Below are positions 11,925 to 22,935 of a stretch of 33,498 nucleotides of DNA, piece by piece. Position numbers and translations under genes: made by a program. The notes beneath the pieces are model-generated. The model ran no database searches and was not told the origin of the DNA. It worked only from the letters and a program-made list of their open reading frames with translations. The DNA is from Basidiobolus ranarum (Eukaryota), in NCBI GenBank assembly GCA_040143965.1, contig JASJQH010000074.1, forward strand, positions 1 to 33,498, given 5' to 3'. Each line of letters starts with the position of its first letter. Position 1 is the first letter of the stretch.

Positions 11925-12993
11925 AGGGATAAGTAACACTTACCTTCGAGTAAAGATAGTTTGTTTATATGGAGTGTTCATGATTTCCTCAACAATAGAA
12001 TTGGAAGATTTGATTGGATCATTTATCTCACAACATGAAAGTTTATTATTATTCATCACTGGGAGGGAAATCGAGAAAATTTCAATCTCACTCTCTAGTG
12101 TCGTGACTGGTTTGAGGAATACTTCTTGACCACAACAATCTCTGAAGGCTGATAGATCACTTATTTCTTGTACCTTATCTCTCACCACCTCCTCTTTATA
12201 ATATGAAATGGAACCCCAATAATTACCGAGCAATCTCCAAATATCATCACCATGTCTGTATAAAATATTCATTGTTAAGAAATTATTGGACTTGCTTTTC
12301 CAATCAACATCAATGTAGATTTACGCAGCGGTATAGATAACAATACGTGTTTAAAGCGTTAACAAATACATCTCGCCAGTCACTATGGAACATGGGGCGT
12401 TTTCAAAAGGTTACACTAAAATTCGTGAGAGGATAATCAGAGCGGTTCGAATACGTTTGCTATCTAGTTAGACGTCCCAAAGCGATGACTGTCACATAGC
12501 AACTCTCTAAAAGGAATGAGCAGGACTTCCCTAAGAGTTATTATTATCCAAGTGAGTCTAGTCAGTGTTCAAATATAGGCTAATGAGAGGGAGATAAAAG
12601 GGCAAATGAAAGAGTAAATGAAAGAATATGAAAAGGGAAGAGTGAGCAAAAAATAACCAAATTAAGCATCAATATGATGATTATCCTGAAATGTATGTGT
12701 TTTCTCATTCGCTAGCTTCGAATGGGTGAATCCAACAGGTCACCAAAATGGTCACTAATGCCCTTTCCAAGCCATACTATTCATACAATGTGGAGCGGTG
12801 TCTAATCTGGCTACTATTGCCTGGGATTGGACTGAATTCATGTCAGATACCATACCATAAGCAATCTATGTAGCACATTATACTGAGCTTAGAACTATAC
12901 ACAAATACACAATTGGTATTGAACTCTAGTTTGGTGCATCATCACTTGGTTTTACATAAATATCCTTCTCTCAGCTCCTCTTGTACCAGTTTT

Positions 12994-13025
12994 GCTTTCC
13001 CTTTTCGCTTTCCCTTTTCGCTTTC
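12994..13025. repeat. Pyrimidine-rich 13-bp tandem repeat (GCTTTCCCTTTTC x2.5) just 5' of the ceramide synthase ATG
   Basis: Read directly from the sequence; typical of a CT-rich fungal transcription-start or 5'UTR region. Confidence 0.75.
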
Positions 13026-13045
13026 AAAAACCACCGCGCTTTGAT

Positions 13046-14221
13046 ATGGTTTTGAAGGTTCGAGATCGAGTTAAGCCGTCCATCAGGAAGAATGTTGGAA
13101 CGTATGCCGCTGATCATCAAATTGGTATGTAAACTGTATTCAATTATTTATTTTGCTTCTTTCTGACATGCTTTTCACAGAGTTATCTCTGGTTTTTATA
13201 ACTGCGGTGGTTCTTGGGGACTTACTGCAGCTGCCAATGGCCGACAAATTCCTGCATTTACGCTACCGTGTCAACGGGGGTGGCGGCCCTGTTCTGTATG
13301 GTGCTGGGGTTGATGATGTATACGTTATGGGATTCTGGTTCGTAATGTTCATCTTTTTACGTGCTTTTACAACCCATTACATCCTTGGCCCGTTCGCTAC
13401 ATATTGGGGGGTCAAAAAATACGAGAAAAAGCAGAGATTTATTGAGCAGAGTTGGCAATTCGTATTCTTTCTGGGCTCATGGTCCGTTGGTATGGTAAGA
13501 CTGGTTTTCATGTTAGTACTTCGGGATTCTCATTGATTTGATTGTTAGTATATTATGTATCATTCCCCCTACTGGTTCAACCCACACCACTTCTGGATTG
13601 GGTACCCCCATCAACATCTGAGCTATCTTACAAAATGGTATTATTTGATCATCACGGGGTATTGGCTGAGCCAAATGTTTGTAGTCCATGTCGAGAAGCG
13701 TAGAAAGGATCATGTAGTGATGGTCGTCCATCATTGTGTCACTATCGCTTTATTGGTTGGCTCCTATTTCTCCAATCTGACTCGTATCGGAAATGCCGTG
13801 TTGTGTATGATGGACTTCTCAGACATCATTCTTGCAGTAAGTACATATTCTCTATGCATACGCACTTGCATCCGCTAACTTGTTATTGGAGTTTGCCAAG
13901 TCACTCTACTATCTAGATTGCAGTAAAGCCTGTGATGTTGCTTTCGGCGCCTTTGTGGTCAGTTGGTTCTACTCGAGACATTTCATCTTCTTCTATATTG
14001 GCATCAGTTTATGGAAAGACCCTGTTCACTTCCGGGTTGTGCGTTGGAACCCGGAGACCGGGAATTATTTTGGTCCGTTGGCTCATTGGATATTCTTGGC
14101 ATTGTTATGGTCGCTTCAAATACTCCTCTTGATCTGGTGCAAGTCTATTCTTCGTATCCTCTGGACCGTAGTTAAAGGAAGCAAGCCCCAAGACTCCAGA
14201 AGTGACTCTGAAGACGAGTAA
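13046..14221 (+). CDS. LAG1: Ceramide synthase (sphingosine N-acyltransferase), Lag1/Lac1 TLC-domain family; exons 13046-13124, 13181-13494, 13549-13836, 13892-14221
   Basis: RFIEQSWQFVF, Lag1p motif RRKDHVVMVVHHCVTIALLVGSY...RIGNAVLCMMDFSDIILAFAK, multiple TM helices, acidic tail QDSRSDSEDE*. Confidence 0.93.
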
Positions 14222-14580
14222 ATCTTTGCATATTTATTCACAAATTCAAACAAAACTCTATAATTTTATTAGTATTAATAAGCAATAAATCAACCTTTCT
14301 ATTTCATCAAATTCTGTTTATCATTATCGAAATTGTAAGCATTTAAGGTTTAGCCCTTTTTTTTCGTAGTAATGATATTGGCAGTGGCAGCTGTACAGCG
14401 AGGTTTTGTTAAATTCGACTGTTTTGGTATATGCTATATGATCCAATCATAGTCATCAAATCATTTGTTTACCACGAAGTTGTTTTGAAAAATATCTTTT
14501 TGGTATACAGCGCTGACAAAAAATTCAAAGTATTGACTTGTTCTTTTTCCTCACGTTTCATCTCGCAACCGTTTCCTGCC

Positions 14581-17288
14581 ATGGTGGGACCTTCGAATCA
14601 CAAGGTAAATCCTGAACCTATAGTGGTGTTTAGGTTTTTATTGAAACTTACATATGCAAACTTGTAGACCCCGAATGACTCTGCTTCTGACGAGCCTCAA
14701 AACGACGCCACTGATGTTTGTTCTGTGCTTGGCACTTCTGCGGAAAATGTAAATGAGTGTAGAAAATCTTTTTCAAAGGTATGTGACCTGAGAGTACATT
14801 TGAAGAAATTACATGCCTAATGTTTGTTGGTCTATAGTTGTATTTAGATGACTTGGCAAGGTTGCAAAGTAAAGTAACTAATCAGACGTTCAATACCAAC
14901 TCGTTCTCGGGATATGCCTGTGACCAGCTCAAATGTAAGCTTCTTTACTTATTCCATATACACCCTCGTTGTTATGGATACTAACAACCTTAATCGACAT
15001 GTTCTAGTTAATGACCTAGAAGAGCTTCGTAAGCAAATTGAAAAACTTAGCAGTCAACCATCGTCATATCCAGCCACTAGAGCCACTGACTCTGACAGTT
15101 CTCTTCAAGAAGAAATGAACCAATTGCGAGCCAAATTCGAGGTTCATCATGATTTACTGTTTCTTAAATTTCTCCGTCAATTAACACTTGTGTTCATTAG
15201 GACCAATGCAAAAAATATACCGAGGAAATCAATCGGTTAACATCACAACATGAATCGCATTTAGATGCCCTTCACAAAGAATATGAGATACTTGAAGAAG
15301 CAAAATATGCGATCTCTTCTCAACTTGATGGAGCTCAAGTTCAAATCAAAGATCATGAAAAGAAAATCACCAATTTAAAGGTTCGGGCTTTTTGTAACAT
15401 TGCAGCTACACTGATTCATGTTGTACTGACAATTCATCATCACTTTAGAATACTATTTCAACTCAATCTCAATCTCTATCTCAGCTGCAAGCACAGCAGA
15501 TGACTGCTCAAAAACAAATCCAGGTAAGAGCCTGGAACCATATGGAGTATCATAGCATTTTCTGAATGTGTATATTTGCCCATCTGTAGGAAACGAACAA
15601 CGCCCTCCAAATCAAATTACAAGACATTGACGCGATGAGTGGTGAACTTGATGGGGCCAAATCATACATTGCCCAGTTGGAGGCCAAGCTGAGATTTGAG
15701 GAAACGTCACGCCGGAAATTGCATAACACAATCCAGGTAAAACTTACGCACCCTAACTTGTAAATAGTGAGAAAAAAAGCTAATCTAATTGATTTTAGGA
15801 GCTTAAAGGAAACATTCGCGTGTTCTGTAGAATGCGGCCGTTGTTAGGTAATGCTTAGCAGACTAAGAATATTCTATGTGGTATATTGATTCGTGATTTA
15901 TTTTTAGGCCCAGAGCAAATGGAAGATCCCTTACAAATTAGCTTCACAAATGAAAGCGAAATGGAGCTAATTCAAAATCAAGTAAGCAAGTTTATTGGCT
16001 TGATTCATACACAACGTAATTAACAATGTTCATTGCTTATTCTTGACGACTATTAAGGAGTCCGCTAATGGATCTAAGACAATTACCAAATCTTATCCAT
16101 TTGCATTTGACAAGGTATATTTGAACTTGTACATTGATTTGTTGGGGCTGTATTTAATGTCATTTGTCTTCAGATATTCGAACCAGAGTCTACACAGTCT
16201 GAGGTTTTTGAAGAAATCTCGCAACTCGTTCAATCAGCCTTAGATGGATACCCTGTTTGCATCTTTGCATATGGACAAACCGGAAGTGGAAAGGTATTTT
16301 TTAACATATGAATACTACCTTAGTTGGTGTGCACGAATCCTGAACTATTGAATTAGACTTTTACTATGGAGGGGCCTGATCACCCTGACTCGGACACTAT
16401 TGGTATTATTCCACGAGCTGTGTTACAGATTTATTCTACTGTTGAATCTTTGAAACAAAAGGGATGGGAATATGTCATGGAAGGGCAATTCTTGGAAATA
16501 TACAATGACACCATCAATGATCTGCTTGGAAATGGTGATTTCAATAAGAAACATGATATCAAGCATCTTCCTAATGGAAAAACAATGGTGACCGATTTGA
16601 CTACAGGTAAGCATGAGTTCGTTCATCATCCCCAAAAGCAACTCTAACTTTTGACGACAGTTACTATCGACTCTCCCGAGAAGATGAAGGCTTTGATGAA
16701 GCATGCTGGACAGAATCGAGCAGTTGCATCTACCCAGTGTAATGACCGTTCATCAAGAAGTCACAGGTAATAGATAGATGTCGATCTCATTAATTGATTA
16801 CTGTGCTAACGAAATACCTGATATTGTTTCTAGTGTATTTATGCTCAGATTGAGTGGTAGAAACTCTTACTCTGGGGAGGTTAGTGAGGGAATGCTTAAC
16901 CTAATCGATCTTGCTGGTTCCGAAAGACTTTCTCAATCTGGAGCAACTGGTGAAAGACTTCGCGAAACCCAAGCGATCAACAAAAGTCTTAGCTGTTTGG
17001 GAGACGTTATTTACTCGATAGCCAACAAGGAAGCCCATGTTCCCTATAGAAATTCCAAACTAACCTATTTACTCCAAAACTCGTTAGGTAATTATATCTT
17101 GACGACACATGAGATTTTATGAAATTCAAAGCTAATTTTATACTTTATTAGGTGGAAACAGCAAAACGTTAATGTTCGTGAACATTTCCTCTTGCAATGC
17201 TCACTTTCAGGAAACGCTATGTTCTCTGCGATTTGCCACTAAAGTCAACTCATGTCATATTGGCGTAGCAAAAAGAATTAGCAAATAG
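14581..17288 (+). CDS. Kinesin-14 (Kar3/KlpA/KIFC1-like) C-terminal-motor kinesin, ~15 exons
   Basis: Coiled coil, then the kinesin-14 neck [24 protein letters not shown]-loop [76 protein letters not shown]; stop at 17286-17288. Confidence 0.95.
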
Positions 17289-18103
17289 TCACCTCAGCCA
17301 TCTTTCAATATATATACTTCTCCTACATAATTCATGTTTTACAATGTTTCCTCTTAAATCTGTTTTGTTTTTGCACGCCCCACCTTCCTATTTTTTGATA
17401 TTTTTAAAACATTCTTCTTTGTAAAACTAATCAATACTAGCCTGGTGCAATCCAAAATCTCCATCTTTACAGTTTTATTCAGTTGAGCGTTGTATACCGT
17501 TTGCTTACAGGGTACTTATACACCACCTATACCGCAAACAAAAAAGGGCGATAGAAACAGCAATTACATTATTTCACATGTTAAATCCACTGAATCTTCG
17601 TATTGTTTATGCACAAATATTTACTTGACTTGTGCTACTCTACCATATAGCAAGTAACCTTACACAACATCCTCTTGTTTCTACGCAATCCAGTGCTGTG
17701 CTAACAATGGGCTTTTCTCCTGATTTGCTAAAACTGCCCAAATTCATTCACGAACATGCCACGGATGTGCAAATCTCATCACCACTGATGATTGAAACAG
17801 CTGCACGTTGGCCTTGCGCTTATGATGGTGGTACGATGTGACCAACCTGAGACATGGATAGCTACTTGTTTAGTCAAGATTATCACTAAATGTGGTGATT
17901 ATTATCCAGAAATCTCTGTTTCAACGCATCGTAATCACTCAGTTTCTACAAATATATTATTTCCATTTTACTGGAGTTAATTGGTTAGTTTTGGTTGTCT
18001 GGCCATTCCTTGAACAATTAACTCCAAGCTACAATAGAATAATTATCTTGACACCACCCGTCATCATATATGGTAAACTCATATAATTACTGTTTGAGAA
18101 TAA

Positions 18104-18175
18104 CTATATCTATCGAGAACCACTATTTATTTATCGAGAAGGTCTATTTATTTATCGAGAACTACTATCGAGAAC
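18104..18175. repeat. Degenerate ~21-bp tandem repeat with a TATCGAGAA core x4
   Basis: Cores at 18111, 18132, 18153 and 18166. Confidence 0.85.
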
Positions 18176-18371
18176 TGCTCCACCCATTGTCGCTATCTAT
18201 TGTACCCATAATAGCGTTTAAGGGTGACAGTAAAACTATGACAGCAAATTTCGGCATCATGTTTAAGGACCTAGAGCGTGGTGAGTAGTGTCCAATCAAG
18301 GCTATCACAAAACCATATAAATTGCCAGTTTCCCAATTCTAGGATCTCCGTACAACCTGCTGGCTTCAGTT

Positions 18372-19007
18372 ATGAGCTCTATAAACACAGATAACGAAGA
18401 GTTGGAGAATCGTTCAATAACAATCGCGATAAACACTAATAATGAGTTGGATGACCCCGAAGTATTGTGGAGTCGCCTCTATCAAATACGGAAACAGAGA
18501 GTCCATCTTAACAAGCGATTGAAGCTATTCATCCGAATTACGATTCTATTCGGTACTGCAGTTCTGATAGCTGGCATTGATCCGCTTAATCTTCAATGGT
18601 GGTTTGCCCTTATACCTTTAATGCTCATGATAGTCAACATGGTGTTGATTGTGGTAAGGTTACCAATTTTCTACCTTACAAAAGTTCATGGACTAAATCT
18701 TCCTTCAATGCAGATTATAAGAAGCAGAGCGGGATTGTTGGAAACTGAGGAAACGCTCCTACTAGAGAAATTAAGACCCTTCCGGATTGCCACATCCATG
18801 TCGTCAAGCACACTGGCAGCACCCCCACCAACATACAATATTGCTACAGTTGAGCCCCCGGCATACTTTAGCTTCATAAAATCACCTAGCTATGCCACAC
18901 TTGCACATCTACCAAGTCAGGAATCCCATCGCTACACAACACTATATACAACTACTGAAAATACTCATGACATCCCCGCTAGACCTCAAACCCTTGCTTT
19001 TCTTTAG
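18372..19007 (+). CDS. Hypothetical two-TM membrane protein with C-terminal PPxY motifs, 211 aa, intronless
   Basis: ATG-initiated ORF with a TATA-like CATATAAA ~55 bp upstream, two hydrophobic segments (LFIRITILFGTAVLIAGI; WWFALIPLMLMIVNMVLIVV), and PPPTY, EPPAY, SPSY motifs. Confidence 0.8.
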   Translation: MSSINTDNEELENRSITIAINTNNELDDPEVLWSRLYQIRKQRVHLNKRLKLFIRITILFGTAVLIAGIDPLNLQWWFALIPLMLMIVNMVLIVVRLPIFYLTKVHGLNLPSMQIIRSRAGLLETEETLLLEKLRPFRIATSMSSSTLAAPPPTYNIATVEPPAYFSFIKSPSYATLAHLPSQESHRYTTLYTTTENTHDIPARPQTLAFL

Positions 19008-20032
19008 ATGCCGAACAGTACTGGCAGCTCCTGGTTAAAATACATTTGTATCCCTCAAACGCATCTAACATGTAACATACATCCATTCTTTCTTTGCCAT
19101 ACACGTTGTATGTAACGAAAGGTATTCAATACATCCTAATTACCAGCAATAAACATGACAACAAGTCGGTGAAGATTCTCCTATTTAGAGTACACTACCT
19201 TTTTATATTCATTTGCATCTATCTCATTTGTGAATTTGTATATTCTGTGGCCATTGCTTCATCTTAATATTAGCTAAACCACGGTCGAAGGTAACATTGG
19301 TTGTCAAGTTAGAAAAGGCCACTCACCCAAGCCTCTTGCCAATATTCAACGCAACTTGTATATACGATTTCCAGACTCCATCATGTGTCCACACAAATAT
19401 GTTCCAATATATACTCGATCTCACAATCCGAAGATATGCGTTCATAGTGATGTACAAGATGCCCGATTTAGATCATAGTTGGCGCCTATGGATAATATGA
19501 AAGTCGAGAAAACTACTCAGGAATTGTGAAGAGTCACTCCCCAACGCGCTCTTCTATGCACTCCTCAATAAAAGAAGATAGGATGCACAAATAGTTCAAT
19601 GAAGGTCGGGTATTTCCCGCCTTTTCCGCCTTTCCGGCACCATCATGCATGGGAAGCGGATCGAAGGTCGACAAATCCGGGATCTGACCATGCTATCATA
19701 ATGAGTTTCTATATCTAGCCCAGTGTCACTATAAGGCATCGGCTTATCTCAGTAAATCTGGATATGTGTTGTGCCTGATTCATTCGTTTTGTTTAGATTT
19801 TTCACTTCCTGTCTCATGTTCAAAACCTATTATATTGTTAATTTGAAGAATCTACATGATTCATTGGACTTGGCTGTGATAGGTTGACAGGCATCTGATC
19901 AAAGGTGGTTTGGTATTGTTATAATATTACTATTTGGTCTTAATCCATCTCAAATTTTCTCCCTCGATCTTTTCCTACTTAGCTTTCAATCCGGCTTCGC
20001 CTACAATTATTTTCTAGCTCCCTCGCGTCACT

Positions 20033-21375
20033 ATGTCATATTCTCCTGTATCTCACAAAAGACCATACGTCTACGACTCACCAGTTTCAAACCCTTCTTC
20101 CGAGTATACTACATATCCAAGCGGTTATTCCTGCCCACCATCACATCCCTCAATGCATAATACAAACCGTTCTAATCCACCTTCTGGTCCTCACCTTACT
20201 CGCTCCTTTCCTCACATATATTCTGGCACTTCTAGCTCTTTCCCTCCACCACAAGGACCACCTTCAGAAAGTTACAACTACCAATACTCATCAGCTCCCT
20301 CTCAACAATATCCTGTTACTTCTAGTCGACCCTTTGAGGACATGGTCGGAAATCCTAGAGGATACCCTCCAACTTTTCCATCTAAAGAAAGTGTGCATAT
20401 TTCAGAACCTCAATTTCATCTTTCTTCAAACCATTACATCGAGGTAAAGGAATATTTCCTTAGGGCTTCTATTACGTTCTCTTAAATTTTGTACTCAAAT
20501 GGGTTTTTAAGATTTCAAATAGATGTGATGAAATCATCGGTATACTAAGTAAGTTTGATCGTTCTGACGTCGATAATACCAATCAACTTGTAGATTCAGC
20601 TAAGGCTTTGTATGACGTATTTCTGACGGCTGAACAAAGAGTATACACGATTTTTGTTCACCTCATCTTCAACTTTCTCTCTAATTTATACGCCTGCTAA
20701 CATAGGTCTCTCCTGACCAGTCACCCGTACCTTCAAAGAGTTCAGAAAAACCTAAAGTTGGTTTAATCCTATCTAATTGATGTTTGATTTTAGAAATCTA
20801 ACCACTTTTCTTTATAAGAAGCGGACCAAAAGTAATCAAGTTAAGCTTTATTGCCACTCCTGTAACTGGTAAAAAAATATTTTGCGAATCACATTTCTGC
20901 CCATTGTTAACTTATGTTATATATGTCAGTACCGACACACCGGAATGGAGAAAAGGCCCTCTTGGTACTCTTATTAAATGAGACATATTTGATGTACTTA
21001 TGCTAAATTATTCATTTTATGTAACAGGCCCAAGAACACTTTGCAACGCCTGTGGTCTCAGTATGAACTATTATTTTACCTTTGCCATTCATACTCTTTA
21101 TTCATTGATTATTCTTCTAAGTTTGGGCGAAGTTATCAAAAAAAAAAGCAAAAGAAGCACAAATGACTGCTAAAAATGGGAAACCAGAAGTAGAAAAAGA
21201 TTCGCGAAGCAATAACATCGGTACCCCACACAACTTTACTACCATTAACAACAGCGAGGTTGCTCAAAGCAAAAGTATGAATGATATTCAATCACAACCA
21301 GGAGAACCCACTGTAGAGTCGAGGGATGGGAAGATAGACGACAAAAAACTGACCCTCTCGTTTTTACTTTCTTGA
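20033..21375 (+). CDS. Single-finger GATA transcription factor, NsdD/Gat2-type finger; 7 exons (20033-20443, 20512-20640, ~20706-20756, 20819-20868, 20930-20964, 21028-21060, 21122-21375)
   Basis: The spliced finger is [33 protein letters not shown] (C-X2-C-X18-C-X2-C). The N-terminus is Pro/Ser/Tyr-rich and the protein ends KLTLSFLLS*. Confidence 0.88.
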
Positions 21376-22162
21376 GGCATAGGTTGCTAGCGTCATTAAA
21401 ACAATTACCGATTGTTATTGTTTTACTCGACACATTTGATATTCACCAACAATCCTTTGTCACGCGTTTATTTTTACACCCGTTATCATCTTGCCCGGCT
21501 TACTTATCGGATATTCATGTATATAGAGGGGCCTTAACTAATAACAAATGGACTTTATTATATTATCCGATCGTGTATGTCACGTAGTCTGAAATCATCG
21601 TATATTCCATTAGTTCAACTCACCTGGAGTCATTATCTTATCATACTTGGAGAAAATAGCATCAATGACCCTACGGAAGCTTGGAGCTTTCTGAAGCCAT
21701 GGAGTGTCAACTGTAATTCTATATTTTGCTAGTCTCTGCCAAGTCTTAATCCCTCTAAGGGTGTCTGCTACACTATATCCATCAGGGTAGATTATTAGCC
21801 AGGCTTATTCTGTCGACGGATACTATTGTTTGGTTCAATTAATATGAAGTTAACGTCAAGACTAAACATTTCTAGTGTTGCTTTGAATTGCACTCTTTAC
21901 CTTTTAACCATTTTAATGTAGTTTTTTATTTACATTTATTCTGAATTATTGTATGTTACTATAGATTTATCGGCATGGACACTATATATCAGTAAACCTC
22001 GATATTCAATTACACCATTAATGTGACCATTGCATACTTAGGTAAAACCTTTTGTATATCCATATATATGCCCAAGCGCTATGGATAGTACCTGACTAGC
22101 TTCATTATAGTATGCGTGTGTGGAATATGTTTTTATAAGGATAATATGCAAGGGTGAATATG

Positions 22163-22190
22163 AACCTTAACCCCTAACTCTAGCCCTAAC
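22163..22190 (+). repeat. Degenerate (CCCTAA)n telomere-like tract
   Basis: AACCTTAACCCCTAACTCTAGCCCTAAC, four imperfect CCCTAA units. Confidence 0.5.
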
Positions 22191-22793
22191 TGAAGAAGGG
22201 AGATCCACATGGTATGATTGTTTGACAAGTCACCACCAAACCTTTAAAGAATAAGTAAAAATCATTCGGATTGCATCGGGAATGTACACGTAAGAGTTGA
22301 AGGGGGAGTGAGAGCGACGGATATAAGTGAATAGTGAATGAAAGTTCCCTAAACATTTGGTAAGTGTACATTTGGAACTGGGGAGAAACCTAGGAGAACA
22401 CTAACTATGAATCGGGATTATACCTGGATTTCTTTCGCTCTTTGGATCTTCCCTGTATCTCGAACTGTATCTCCAAAGATTTGGTTGAGTACCATGTTCC
22501 GCAGTATTCATCGAGTAGATCTGTTGTTTGAATGAATGTGGTTTATAAGATCAGCAGGTGATCCTTTTGTTCAATACAATATGTTGTACTACAAAATCAA
22601 GATCCACAAATAGATGGTACGTATCGTAGATTGGGGAAGCATCTTCTGATTTAATACTTTGAGCGGTCAGACCTATCATTGCTATCTTCAGCTGTCAATT
22701 GCTGTTATAAATATACTCCGGTACAACAAACTAGAAAGTCGAGGTGGAAAGGAGAAGCCATAGACAATACGTAAATTACAATTTCCAAATAAT

Positions 22794-22808
22794 CCATCAC
22801 GTGATGGG
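22794..22808. promoter_or_regulatory. 14-bp palindrome CCATCACGTGATGG (E-box) upstream of PRP24/SART3
   Basis: Perfect palindrome ~140 bp before the ATG at 22936; shares ATCACGTGATGGG with 6736. Confidence 0.5.
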
Positions 22809-22935
22809 AGGAAATAATATTGAATTCTTGGGTGGCTTTGTGACTACTACGCATAGTATTTTTAAATGATTTTTTTGGATATTTTATTTGACTAAAAATC
22901 AATTACTCTCTTTGTCTGAATTAACGTAAAGGAGA

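Noticed and set aside
12444..12454. GGTTCGAATAC, tRNA B-box/T-loop-like
   Set aside because: The T-stem pairs poorly and no A-box, D-arm or acceptor stem can be formed.
17632..18288. Overlapping 62-72 aa ORFs between the kinesin and the PPxY gene
   Set aside because: Mostly non-ATG starts, no recognisable motif, and no coherent exon chain.
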